Source: the human T2T-CHM13v2.0 reference genome, Homo sapiens | DNA length: 64,000 bases | Assembly (NCBI RefSeq): GCF_009914755.1 | Contig: NC_060938.1 | Strand: one strand, 5' to 3' | In this document: piece by piece, positions 37,961 to 60,100 of the stretch | How positions within the stretch are numbered: position 1 is the first letter of the stretch | How the letters are laid out: each line of letters begins with the position of its first letter | Translations under genes and position numbers: made by a program | Notes under the pieces: generated by a model | The model's input: only the letters and a program-made list of their open reading frames with translations | The model's database searches: none | Told to the model about the DNA's origin: nothing

Positions 37961-39007
37961 TTCTGGCCTGTGTCCCCTTAGGAGCTTAGAAGTCCACTTA
38001 CTTTCCTTTGAATTATCTTTATCATCTTTGAACCAAACAGGCTCAGACATGACACTCTCTATCCTAGAATTCGGAAGGCAAAGATAGAAAAAGGTCGGGC
38101 TGCCAGAAATCTCACCACTGATAATGTTCTGTGATGATCTCTCATTCTGAAACATTTGGGGCCCCTCTCTCCTCTACATTTGGGAGGGAAGGGGAGATTA
38201 CTTAGGTGATTATTTGTATAACTTGCTTTATGTGATCCTTTTTCTTGTTACTATTTATGTTTAGCAGTTTCAAAGGTTATTAAGCTGCTATTTCACAGTC
38301 CTCAGTCATTTTCCCTCTAAAATATATATGGTAGATTCAACGGCAGGAGCCTTGAGGACTCCTGGTCTCTAGTTGGGAGCTGCTCAAATTCTCTTTCCTT
38401 ACAGATTTTTATGTAAAATGTAACCATATGCCCTTTGCTCTTAGAACCAGTACATTCAGGGTGTTGATTTTAGAGAAAATTGTTGAAAATGATCTTAGGC
38501 TATCCCATTGTTATAGGGATATACAGAGGGGATGAAAACTAGACCATAAAATCAATTTCCCAATTTTCAAAAAAATTCTTCCAGCATCTCCACAAAGAGC
38601 TTGTGTGACTAATAGGCTTTAAATAAATATAACTTTGATGCATTATGCAGCATGCATTCTGACTGGAACTGAGAGAAATGAGGCAAATAGATGCTCTATT
38701 CAAAATCATAGGAATATTTAATGTTACAGTTCAGCTGAAGGATATGTGTTTTTTTTCTAAGCCTATCACATGTGAATCAAGTACTTTTAGATGACCCTTA
38801 TGTGCAGAAGTTAAAGTTTTCATGTGCAGAAATAAAAGTATTTTTATCTCTCCCTTCGGTAATATATGATAAAAATTGCAAATTTCCAAGAACACCAAAT
38901 AAAATTAGGAAGAGTCTTAAAAATATACTACTGGGGGGATCCCCTTGAGTTACCTGTATCTGTCCCCTTTTTTTAACTATTATTTCAATTTAGTTTTAAC
39001 AGATAAT

Positions 39008-41210
<2,203 letters not shown>

Positions 41211-41559
41211 TTGCATATAGATGTAATACATGTGTTTACGTGTATGTGTGCATGCAAATGTGTGTATATGCATGTGCGGTAAAGTTTCAAACTGTTTCCC
41301 ATCTGCTCAGATTCATACCACCCCCTGCACCACTATTATTAATTGCTTGTTTATCCATTCAACATGTTTGCTGAGATTCAAGCTGATATCAATATATGTT
41401 CTCATTTTCCTACCTTTTTACCCAAATGGTTACATACTATACAACTGTCGTGTACCAGTGGCATGCTAAGGATATCCTACTGGTTCTGTTTCTCTGAGAA
41501 ACCTTGACTAGTACAGTATAAAAGAATAAGGTATTATTCTTTTAATTTTATTCTGGGTC

Positions 41560-41935
41560 TGTTTGCAAATGCTGTTTTTTGGTATTTGGATATTGATATA
41601 TATAAGTGAAACTGTCTATACGTTTTGTCGGTTTGTGCTACCATTGTCAAGCTTTGGTATCAAAATTATACTCAAATCGTGAAAATAATTTGGAAATTTT
41701 ATGTTTTTCTTATGTTCTGGAATAGTTGCAATACCATTAGGATTATCTATTTTTTAAGGATGCAGTAGAATTCCCCTGTGAAGCTATTTGGGACTGATAT
41801 TGTTTGGGGAATGCTTTTTCTGGTGTTTTGGGTAAGTTTATTTTCCTAGAGAGTAATCTATCTCATCCGAGTTTTAAAATTAGTTTGCACAGAATTTAGC
41901 AAAGTAATCTGTATGACTCTTATTTTTCTCTCTTT
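41560..41935 (-). mobile_element. Old L1M ORF2 fragment
   Basis: gctttggtatcaaaattatact...ttctggaatagtt...gtagaattcccctgtgaagctatttgg. Confidence 0.6.
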
Positions 41936-42084
41936 GGGAAGAAATATCCATTTATTATTTTTGTATTTGCACTTTCTCCATATGGGCTCTCTTAACTTCC
42001 TTTGCATTTCTTTACTTCCTCCTGAACAGCTTCCTCATTTATTACCTTTGAAGGATGCTAGTAGATTAATTCATTATTATGATA

Positions 42085-42445
42085 AGTGGAAATAAAGGGA
42101 AGAATCAGGCATTTATCTTGCCTATTTTCTATGAACTCAGGGTACCTCAGGGTAATGAAGTAGTTGCCAAGGGAAATTTCTTCTTTATGGAGGCATTCCA
42201 GCTGATAAATAGAAAAAAAAAATGATAGTCTCAGAATATCCCCTTCTTCAAGCCCCAATGGATTAATGATTCTGGGCAATGATAATCAATGACTTCCAAC
42301 ATTACAAAAAGGGACACAGCAAACATTATGTGTCTTCTATAAGATATGCAAAACATGAAGTGGTCTTGGCAAAATAGTGAATCTGAATCTGATCAAGCCT
42401 ATAGCTCTAACTATCAGTTTATAGGAAATACAGATGAAAGTAAAG
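42085..42445 (+). mobile_element. Old L1MC-type 3' UTR fragment
   Basis: aaataaagggaagaatcaggcatttatcttgcc...gaatctgaatctgatcaagcct...cagtttataggaaatacag. Related segments occur at 48010-48470. Confidence 0.55.
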
Positions 42446-42784
42446 GATAAACAAAAATATTTCTTCTTCTTTGTGGAAAATTGGAACTTGGCTTAGCTTT
42501 GTTTTCTTGAAACCTGGACATTGCTATGGTAAAACTAACTCCTAACTGATTAAACAGGCTGTATTAGGAAGGCTATGAATAAGCTGTAAATACTTGCTGG
42601 GAAGCCATAGCCGTGGACTTCCCTGAGTGTGGTGACTCGTGTAATAGGCTTATTTCTTGCTGAACCTTAGAAGCTGTGCACATGGCATTGTGGGAGGAGA
42701 TACTAGTCCTTTTTTGGGACATGGAGTTTCTAGGGCATGGGGTCTCTCACACCTGTCATGTGATCAAGTACAAGAGGCATTCTC

Positions 42785-46150
<3,366 letters not shown>

Positions 46151-46384
46151 AAGAGGCATTCTCTTGCACTTGAGCTGCCTCTTGAGAGGCCAAAAAGACT
46201 AGCCATGGACAGGTGGAGGGAAATGCCCTGAGCTAGCATGCTGTGATTCCTGTCCTTGTATTTTTTTTTAAGTGATTTTCAATGCTAATTGTGGTCTTTT
46301 TGTGGTTGACTCAGTCTATTTGTCCAGTTGAGACTGAGAAGAGCCCTGGAATAGAAGCTGAGAGCAGAAAACAGAGTAACATAG

Positions 46385-48670
46385 TAAAGGGCACCAAGGT
46401 GATGCAACTAGCAAATCAACACTACGAAAATTTCTACAGGACAAATGACCCAGGTTTCCTCAACAGAGAAGCTGCAGAGAAAAGAAAGGGATAGAGGATG
46501 ACCTATGGATTAAAAGAAATTTACAATAAATAGCAAACATTGCAATATATGAGCCTTATTTGGATCTTAACTCAAATGTACTGTAAAAAATAATATGAGA
46601 CACAATGAAGGAAATTTGAGCACTGATTGGATATTTCATGGTATTCTGCAAATATTACCTTAGTTGTGATAATTTTATTGTGGTTATTTGTTTAAAAACA
46701 CTTTTACAGAAAAATATACTAAAATATTTATGGATGAAATGATGATGATGTCTGAGATTTGCATCTACATAACTGAGCAGGGGTGAGGGGAATGTAATAA
46801 TCACCCAGCTTCAACAATTATCAACACATGATGGTTACATGGTAGCTCATCAAGCTCTTCCCTCTTCTTTCAGATATGCTTGAGATTTCCCATAATGGAA
46901 AGTAAAACACTACTACGACTATTACTAAACATCATGAACAACATTATTCCAACAAAATTATTCCAACAATGTGAGAATCATTCAATTAAAAAAATAAATT
47001 AATACAATTCACCACATGAATTATTCTAAGATGAAAAACCATAGGATAACTTTCACAGATGCTGAAAAGGCTTTTGACAAAATTAAACGTCCATTTCTGA
47101 CAAAAACATGTAGCAAAATAGCAATCAAAGAACGCTTACTTACTACACACACACACATACATATTCTTTTCATTTTTACTTTTTTATGTAACTCCTAGAT
47201 AATTTAATATTATACATGTGGCTCATGTTATATCTATTAGTGCTACTTCAGGTCTATTTTATAGGAAAATAGAGGTTTATAGGAAATAGAGGATGGAGAA
47301 ATAGGTTAAGTGACTACATGAGGAAGCATTTAGCCAAATCCAAAAATCAGGATATCAACTGGACTGAAGTTTCAAAAAGTCAGTGTTATTAAAGAAAAGA
47401 TAAAGTGTGAAAATTATTGTATATTAAAAGGGTCCCCAGAGACATGGCAACCAAATGCAATATGGCAAGCTTAACTGGATGTTGAGTATCAGGAAAAAAA
47501 CAGACATTTTGGGGACAATTCAGAAATATCAATATAGATTGGATAGGTTTCAGGTGACATTATGAAGTTTTGCCACCTGAAATGTTCTTAGCTATAATAA
47601 TGATAATGTAGTTTTATAGGATAATGTCCCTATTCTTAGGATAGCCCAGCTGAAATATTTAAAGTTCATGACTGCAAGTTATTCTCAAACAGTTCAGTGC
47701 AAACGTGGCAAAATATTACCAGTCGTTGATGATATTTGGAAATTTGTTATATCATTCTTTAAACTTTTCTGTATCTTTGACATGAAGTAAATGTTAAGGA
47801 TAAAAACACATAGAAATCAATTTGAAGTCCCCAATAGTTTAAGATAAGATCATTTGAGCATCAAAAATAATGATGAATGCAAGTTTTTGGAACACTCTTG
47901 AATATATAAAAATTCACGAGTTCATAGGAATACTCCAAACAAACTAACAAATCAACTTCTCATTGCTCCCCATCAGATTTTGCTATTATTCTAATTTGTT
48001 ATTTTGGAGAATGATAAAGAAAAGAGTAGATATTTCTTCCTATGCAAACTGTATTTCAAGGCACCAGATATTGGATGTGGAAAATACTTCTTAATGGAAA
48101 AATTACCATAATAAATGCAGAAAGAATGATAGGATTGAAAAATCACAGATATGAAATAATATTGCTTTAATGAAATAAAGGACCTAAGTAATGGCCCTCG
48201 TGGCTGCTAAAACCATTATATGAAGACTTAATGAGGACCTTTATAATGGATATCAGAACCTGATCAATTTTTATATCACTTAAAACATGGAGATATCATG
48301 CCGCTACTTACAAAGTGCCACTTTACTTTGTAAGCGCCACTTAAAAAGTTTTGTTGCTAAAAATACTTTACTTTAATCTTATCAAGCTTCCAGGTCTAAC
48401 AACCAGTGTGCAGGACATACAGGGATAGAGGAACAAGTTAAACAATGTCAAGAGGAAGCAATCAGTGAAGTCTAGAATGTAGAATATCCTACAGAAAAGA
48501 TTACTTGTTTTTTCAACAAGTATAAGTAGAAAAGCAAAAAGAGGGATAGATTAAAAGAGACTGAAATGATCTAACAGCAAATGTAATGTGTGACCTCATT
48601 TGGATGCTGATTCAAGTGAATCTAACATCAAAATATATATTTAAGACAATCAGAAAAAGTTGCTATGCTG
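46385..48670 (+). mobile_element. Cluster of old L1M/L1MC fragments (3' UTR pieces plus an ORF2 piece at about 46940-47130)
   Basis: ggacaaatgacccaggtttcctcaaca, ccttatttggatctt, cagatgctgaaaaggcttttgacaaaatt (DAEKAFDKI), gaggaagcaatcagtgaagtctagaatgt. Internal boundaries not resolved. Confidence 0.6.
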
Positions 48671-48769
48671 ACTACCAAATGATATAAATTTTCCCCGCAA
48701 TCCAATTTCTTGTTGAGAGACAAATTTATCCAATATTTGGAATTTCAAAGAAACTGTTTATTCACCCAT

Positions 48770-49080
48770 TGTGAGTTCATTCACCTATAAGATTTGTTCT
48801 GAGTCCATGCTATGTATACAGCACTATGAAGAAAGAAAAATTGTACAACATGGAGCCTGCCCTATAAGAGCTTACAGTGCACGGGGAGGTAGGATGTGTG
48901 TCTATCATCTCAATGCAAAGCGTTCTGGAAGTGCACTGCGTGAGGAATAAACCTATGGAATGGAAGCTCAGGGAAAGGGAAATTCTTTTGATTGGAGGTA
49001 TCAGGGAAGGCTTCCAAGATAAGTGGTGAGCTGAGCCTTAAATTTTGGTAGGCTTGTTGGGTAGAGATTGAGGAAGCTGT
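48770..49080 (-). mobile_element. L2 3' fragment
   Basis: tcattca...tgagtccatgctatgtatacagcact...cctgccctataagagcttacagt...tcagggaaggcttc...tgagctgagccttaaa. Confidence 0.7.
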
Positions 49081-50766
49081 CTTTATTGTTATCACAAAAT
49101 ATTTCTCTTGTTTTTTCATCTTGGTCATGTGGCAATGAACTCATAAATTTTGTCCCAATTCTCACCTCTTTCCCCCATGCCATTCTGTTTTTCAGTGGAC
49201 ACAAAGGTTAACACCCTTTATTTCCTGTTCTTCCTCAGGCAATTATATTATTTTTTAGAATGCCTGGAAAAATAAGTTCCTACCTTGACTTATCCTTTCC
49301 ACAATTATTCACTGAGCATTCACTAAGCCTAGCTAAATAAATACACTAGCTTCTCTCCCACCACAAATCTGAAAGGCCAGATCTTAAGCTAACTCCATTC
49401 TGGAAAGATCAGACTAGCCAATTGTTGGGTTTTCAGAACATTTTCTTTCTTTCTGGTTAATAACAAGCCCAGGCTCTATTACTCCCATAGGGGAAAAAGA
49501 CATCCATTTCCAGGGACCCCTGGGAAAACATTACCTAATGAAATTGCACGAGCCCTCTAAGTTCAAGTCTTTTTCTGAAACCCTTTCCTTCTGTGCCCAT
49601 AAAGTTTGCAGAGTAAATCCTTATTACGCTGATAGCTATTATTCAAAATAGCTCACATTTCAGAGCAATTACTATTCCCCAGCCAACTAAATGCCCAAAT
49701 AGTCTTTAATAAAAACAGCACCTAGTGCAGTGCCCAGTGGAGAAAGTATTTAACAAACATTTTATTGCCCAATCTATTCAACTCAGGTGACCTAAATAAC
49801 ATCTATACTTTTTTTTCTAAAATAAATACTACCCACAGTTTGACTCTAAAGAAATTATTTTGAATAACTCTCCTGTTCTAAAGAATACTAATCTACAACT
49901 GGAAAGGCTTATGCATTATTCTTTTTGTCCTTACATTATCCTTGTCAAGAACAGGACAACTGGTCATCATTATTTTTTTAACATAGCCTCAGTCTAGGGC
50001 AACAGTCATACAAGTTTCCTTTCTCTGTCCCTAATCACCCTCTTCTCTTGGTGATGTGTGGGCATGCAGACAGGCAGGGATAATGGTCCTCCCTGAGTAT
50101 CAGCAATAGGAACCTCCAAATGGTGAACTCCACCTAGGACACACACACATGACCCCAACACTGTTGTAGTCAGGGGTCCTTAAAATATAATTATAACAAA
50201 GAGAGTTTTTCTTTAAAGTGAACTATCCTATGGATAATCTTAAATGGATTCAGTGGATTCCTCAAGTAAACCTTTCAACTACGTTGAGCTTAATTTTGAC
50301 TACCAGTTTCTCCCACCAGAGAGCAGGCAGTAGCTAATTACCTGGAGCATCCAGGTGCAATATCCATGTCCTGCCTATCTACCATTTTGTGTTGATATGT
50401 TGCGTTCTCTTTATTTATGTTGTAGACTCAGAAGATTAGCTCTTTAAAGTATTCAGTGTACAACTCTTCAGTTTAAAGAGATTTGCAAAGAAAATCTCAA
50501 AAAAAAAAAAGAGAGAGAGGGAGAGAGATTTGCTATGCTTGCTACAAATTGATAAGGATTTTTTTTTCCCCTGTACAATCTAAATAACCTATGCCACCTT
50601 CCTCTCACTTTTACTGTTTGCCTTGAGTTTGACTAGTGCCCTCTGTTTGCTGTTTATCCCTCAGGTGCCCCCTGTGTGTGCATTTGCATTGGAACTGTCT
50701 CTGAAATCTATTGTCCATTTTGAGCTCTTTGTCTCTGTAGAAGCAATGGCTATTTGTCTTTAAGAA

Positions 50767-50985
50767 GCAGCATGCTGTTTTGGCATGAGGACAGACTTTG
50801 GAGTTGAAAGTCCCAAGTTCAAATCCTACATCTGTTGCTTACCAGACAAATGACTTTGAAAAATTCAATTAATGTCTATGGTCTTCAGTTTTCTAATGTA
50901 TGAAATAGGAATAATAATATTATCAGCTTTACGGAATTTTGTGATGATTGAGACAATGTATAATATTTCTAATGTATAGTCTGTG
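50767..50985 (+). mobile_element. MIR (MIRb-like)
   Basis: cagactttggagt...gttcaaatcctacatctgttgcttacca...tgactttg...cttcagttttctaatgtatgaaataggaataata. Confidence 0.8.
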
Positions 50986-51237
50986 TTTAATGTTGTATTT
51001 CATTAACATTGAGACACAACTGATTATAAAAAATAGCATTATGAGTTTCTAATATTTTGTGGGAGAGGATTTTAACATCAGAAGGATATGTACCAGACGA
51101 ACCTGTGCATCTGAGGAAAGTGGTGATTTGAAATGGACAGAGACAAAAACAGGGAAACGAAGGGTTCTGAGGGAAAAACCTCCCCTGATTCTGCTTGGCC
51201 CAGCTATAAACCCTCAAACAGAAAAGGAATAAAAATT

Positions 51238-54202
<2,965 letters not shown>

Positions 54203-56559
54203 CACCTGGCATATAATGAAAAACATTTATAATTCTTCTGAACCACGTTTTGGCTATTTGTGATTTCTGGCTATATTTGATAAGACTATTTTGACTGTCA
54301 GTGAAAGGAAAAAAAGAGCTTTCAAGCATAATTCACAAAATTCAAGGTGAAATCAGATGGTCTGGAGCTGCTGCCCTGGCCTGGGATGCCTGTGTGGGTG
54401 GCTGTTTACCAGCTCTGCGCCATATGTTGGACCAAAGCTCTGTGCTCTCTCCCCACTGTATGTACTGCTTCTTGCTTATAAACAGAAGTTGGTGGGGGGG
54501 CGGTATGTGAAGAGCTGAGACTTGGGGGTGGGCCTAAGGGAAAGGGACTCAGTTCTTCCTAAGGGAAAGGCCCTAGATCTGTCTCTAATCTGGACAAAGA
54601 AATTCCCTGGCCACAAAGAGACAGCATGGGCTTGGAGGCAGATCACTGAGTATAGGATTTAAGGATTCAGGAGTCTGCTTCTTGACCTTGTTCAATGCCT
54701 TTCCATTTGCAACAACTCGTGTACCTACCTGCATGGACGGAGGGAAAGAAGGAGGAGTGGGGAGGAATCAAAAATAGTGAAATTAGGAACTTCAGTAGCA
54801 AAAAGGGACAGAAAAAAAATCTTTTGCTCCAAGGCATCTAGAACATGTGAGATAAATATGTTCTGTCCCTTAGTTGAAGACATGTTGACCCTACTTTCAC
54901 CCCCATCCTCTTTTCTCATCCCTCTAGCAATACTTTCCCTTATTCTAATTCCATTAAACATCCAAAGACGTTTCAGATGGCATAGGAGAAATTCTAGGCA
55001 TAACTTCTTTTCCAACCTTGGTAGAACAAATCACCTCACAGGGTGGCCAAGAGAAACTTTGGGCTGAACATCCGTCAAACTATTTATATCCATCAAACAT
55101 GCATCGAAATATTTCCGCATCCATCAGACCATTGACCATGAAGCAGCCTCTGGCTTCCCTCACCATGGGGACCTGAGTCAAGAAAAGGGGAGAGGGATGG
55201 ATATCAAGGCCAGGAGCTGTTCAGTCTTGCCTCAGATGGCAGTTCTTGAAGCAGCAGCTTCATACCTCATGAGGAGCCTGATATCCAGTTGTTGTTGGGC
55301 TACCTTCAGGAGGGAAGGAAACAGGTAGGCACAGTGAAGGACGTCCCGAATGCATGGACTTAGGCCTGGGCAAGGGGTTTCAGAATTTAAAGGTCAGCAT
55401 GACATCAAAATAAGGTCCTTCCTTTATAAGGTCAAGCTCAATAAGTGTATCCTGAAGCCAGGGGAATCCCAATGGGCATGAGGTTCTTTGGGTAGAAATA
55501 AAATTATTTCTCTACTTTTTGCTCTAAGCTCTAAACACTTCCAGCTTGCACACCAAAGTGCTTGCTGCCTTGTGTGTCTGCTGACGCAGAAGAACAGCAC
55601 TTCCCTATAGCCTACCACCAGATGGTAATTGGATTCTAATCATAGAACAAAATACAGAGAATTCCCACTGCTTGGCTGGGTTTTAACTGATGTGATAGCT
55701 GAGAGTCAGCCCCTCTGCTGAGTGCTCAAGTGGGGATTGAGCTGTGAAGATTCTGGCCAGTTTGGATCTCATAGAAACACAGGGTTAGGGAGGAGTTATA
55801 CAGTTACTGACTGGGGTGGCCCTGGGGGCTTCAGCTTTCTCCCTCTGCACGGAGTCTAGAAAATGCTAGACTCCTTGTCTGCTCTTTGTCACTGCATTTT
55901 CAGAAATCCCCAAAGGAGTTTGGGCTTCTGCGTTTGAAGGCAGCTCTACTCCCTTGTCTGCCATCTTCAGTGGGAGATAACCTTCTGGAACTAGAGCTTC
56001 CACCCCAGGGAGGAGGCAATTTCTTTATTTCCGACCTTTGGACCACATCCAAGTAGTGACTCCCAGGAAGGCGTTTGCCATAAAACATAAAATACTTTGG
56101 ATAAAATGGATTTGTCCACAGGGTCTTGATTCTAACTTCTGGAAAATGGAAATGATATAATTTAGGTATGGGAAAAACAACCTACAGCACATCTCAATTT
56201 ATCTGTAGTTACCTAGAGGACATTTTCTCAAGGAAGCTACTCATCACAAATGAGTCACCAGAAACTTGGACTCCCCTGAAAAAACAGGGTCAGCTGACTA
56301 ATATAACTTCTGTTTTCAGAGGTAATTTCTGAAAATATGCCCATGATCTGGCAGTCCACTAGATTAGAGTCCATTTACTAAGGAATCAGGACTACAAAGC
56401 ACCTGAGATAATCACTGATTCCTTGATTAATCCAACAATACCAAGCCCCAGTATTTGCTCACAGTGCTATAGGAGCCACAAATCAATCAATCAATCAATC
56501 AGGATATGGGGTCCCAGACCTAAAGGTATTTACAACATGAATCAATGAATTGTAGACTG

Positions 56560-56690
56560 AGACTGAGCCTCAGAAATCACCTAGCCCAGTCTCCTTTTTT
56601 TTTTTTTTGTAGATGAGGAAGACTGGGATCAGAGGAGCAAAATGACTGGTTTAAAGTCATGAAACGAAACGATAAAAGAGCCAGGATTGG
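56560..56690 (-). mobile_element. MIR (MIR3/MIRc-like) fragment
   Basis: cagaaatcacctagcccag...ttttgtagatgaggaagactggg...tgactggtttaaagtca...agagccaggat. Confidence 0.65.
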
Positions 56691-57142
56691 CATGCCACAT
56701 ACAACGCACATCCATAATCCTATTGCCAATGCAGAAAAGTTTATTTTTATATCTAAACTATTGTGTAAGTTGAAATAAATTGGAAAAGGAAAAGGGGAAA
56801 AGTAGGGAGAAGGTCAGAACTTAAGTGTCTTGACCTCTGGCTTTGGGGTTAGTCTTGTGAAGGACTATAGATAGCCAGGTAGGCAGTTTGCAGAACCTGA
56901 ATGCAGACACTCACATAAAAAGGAGCAAATACTGCATGTGTGAGGCTTTTACAGTCTCTGTGCTATGTAGGTTGAGAGAGGTTGCCTTCGGCTGAGCAAC
57001 AAGGGAAGGGCCTCCTGGAGGTAGGGACATATGAACTAAACTTTAAAGGATGGCTACAATTCAGGAGAGGAGCAAGAAGAAGACCCCAGGCTACCCAGGC
57101 CCAAAAAGTGCAATCCTAGACAAATGTAGAACTGCTGTGTGG

Positions 57143-60100
57143 GAATAATAGTGGGCATAAGATGGCCAAATAGGAACAGCTCTGGTGTGCAGCTCCCAGG
57201 GAGATCTATGCAGAAGGCAGATGATTTTTGCATTTCTAACTGAGGTACCCGGCTCATCTCATTGGGACTCGTTAGACTGTGGGTGCAGCCCATGGAAGGT
57301 GAGCTGAAGTAGGGTAGGGTGTCGCCTCACTCAGGAAGGATGAGAGGTCAGGGAACTCCCTCCCCTAGCCAAGGGAAGCCATGAGGGACTGTACTGTGAG
57401 GAATGGTGCACTCTGGCCCAGATACTACACTTTTCCCATGGTCTTTACAACCCGCAGACCAGGAAATTCCCTCAGGTGCTTATACCACCAGGGCCCTTGG
57501 TTTCAAGCACAAAACTGGGCGCCATTTGGGCAGACACCGAGCTAGCTGCAGGAGTTTTTTTTCATACCCCAGTGACGCCTGGAATGCCAGTGAGGCAGAA
57601 CCATTCACTCCCCTGGAAAGGGGGCTGAAGCCAGGGAGCCAAGCAGTTTTGCTCAGTGGATCCCATCCCCATGGAGCCCAGAAAACTAAGACCCATTGGC
57701 TTGAAATTCTTGCTGCCAGCACAGCAGTGTGAAGTTGACCTGGGATGCTCCAGCTTGGTTGGGGGAGGGGTGTCCACCATTACTGAGGCTTGAGTAGGTG
57801 GTTTTCTCCTCACGGTGTAAACAAAGACACCTGAAAGTTCGAACAGGGAACACTGCAGCTTGGCAAAGCCACTGTAGCCAGACTGCCTCTTCAGAATCCT
57901 CCTGTCTGGGCAAGGCATCTCTGAAAGAAAGGCAGCAGCCCCAGTCAGGGGCTTATAGATAAAACTCCCATCTCCCTGGGACAGAGCACCTTGGGGAAGG
58001 GGCAGCTGTGGGCACAGCTTCAGCAGACTTAAATGTTCCTGCCTGCTGGCTCTGAAGAGAGCAGCAGATCTCCCAGCACAGTGCTCAAGCTCTGCTAAGG
58101 GACAGACTGCCTCCTCAAGTGGGTACCTGACCCCTGTGCCTCCTGACTGGGAGACACCTCCCAGCAGGGGTTGACAGGCACCTCATACAGGAGAGCTCTG
58201 GCTGGCATCCAGCGGGTGCCCTCTGGGACAAAGCTTCCAGAGGAAGGAACAGGCAGCAATCTTTGCTGTTCTGCAGCCTCTTCTAATTAAACCCAGGCAA
58301 AGAGGGTCTGAAGTGGACCTGCAGGAAACTCCAGCAGACCTGCAGCAGAAGGGCCTGACTGTTAGAAGAAAAACTAACAAACAGAAAGGAATAGCATCAA
58401 CGTCAACAAAAAGGATGTCTACACAGAAACCCCATCTGAAGGTCACCAGCATCAAAGACCAAAGGTAGGCAAATCCATGAAGACGAGGAAAAACCAGCAC
58501 AAAAATGCTGAAAAATTCCCAAAACCAAAACACCTCTTCTCTTCTAAAGGATCACAACTCCTCGCCAGCAAGGGAACAAAACTAAATGGAGCATGAGTTT
58601 GACAAATTGACAGAAGTAGGCTTCAGAAGGTGGGCAATAACAAACTCCCCCGAGCTAAAGGAGCATGTTCTAAACCAATGCAAGGAAGCTAAGAACCTTG
58701 AAAACAGGTTAGAGGAATTGCTAACTAGAATAACCAGTTTAGAGAAGAACATAAATGACCTGATGGGGCTGAAAAACACAGCATGAGACTTTGGGAAGTA
58801 TACACAAGTATCAGTAGCTGAAGTGATCAAGTGAAAGAAAAGATATCAGAGATTGAAGATCAACTTAATGAAATAAGCGTGAAGACAAGATTTGAGAAAA
58901 AATAATGAAAAGGAAAGAACAAATCCTCCAAGAAATAAGGGACTATGTTAACAGACCAAACCTATGTTTGATTAGTGTACCTGAAAGTGACGGGGAGAAT
59001 GGAACCAAGTTAGGAAACACTTTTCAGGATATTATCCAGGAGAACTTCCCTGACCTAGCAAGACAGGCCAACATTCAAATTCAGGAAATACGGAGAACAC
59101 CACAAAGATACTCCTTGAAACGAGCAAACCCAAGACACAAAATCTTCAGATTCTCCAAGATTGAAATGAAGGAAAAAATGTTAAGGGCAGCTGGAGAGAA
59201 AGGTCGGGTTACTCACAAAGGGAAGCCCATCAGACAAACAGCGGATCTCTCTGCAGAAACCCTACCAGCCAGAAGAGACTGGGGGCCAATATTCAACATT
59301 CTTAAAGAAAAGAATTTTCAACCCAGAATTTCATATACAGCCAAACTAAGCTTCACAAGTGAAGGAGAAATAAAATACTTTACAGACAAGCAAATGCTGA
59401 GAGATTTTTGTCACCACCAGGGCTCCTGAAGGAAGCAGTAAATATGGAAAGGAAAAACCGTTACCAGCCACTGCAAAAACATACCAAATTGAAAAGACCA
59501 CTGACACTATGAAGAAACTGCATCAACTAACGGGCAAAATAATCAGCTAGCATCATAATGACAGGATCAAATTCACACATAACAATGTTAACCTTAAATG
59601 TAAATGGGCTAAATACCCCAATTAAAAGACACAGACTGGCAAATTGGATAAAGAGTCAAGACCCATTGGTGTGCTGTATTCAGAAGACCCATCTCATGTG
59701 CAAAGACACACATAGGCTCAAAATAAAGGGATGGAGGAAAATTTACCAAGCAAATGGAAAGCAAAAAACAGCAGAGGTTGCAATCCTAGTCTCTGATAAA
59801 ACAGATTTTAAACCAACAAAGATCAAAAAAGACAAAGAAGGGCATTACATAATGGTAAAGGGATGAATGTAACAAGAACAGCTAACTATCTTAAATATAT
59901 ATGCAACAATACAAGAGCCCCAGATTCCTAAAGCAAGTTCTTAGAGACCCACGAAGAGACTTAGACTCCCACACAATAATAGTGGGAGACTTTAACACCC
60001 CACTGTCAATATTAGACAGATCAAAGAGACAGAAAATTAACAAGGATATTCGGACTTGAACTCAGCTCTGGACCAAGCAGACCTAATAGACATCTAAAGA

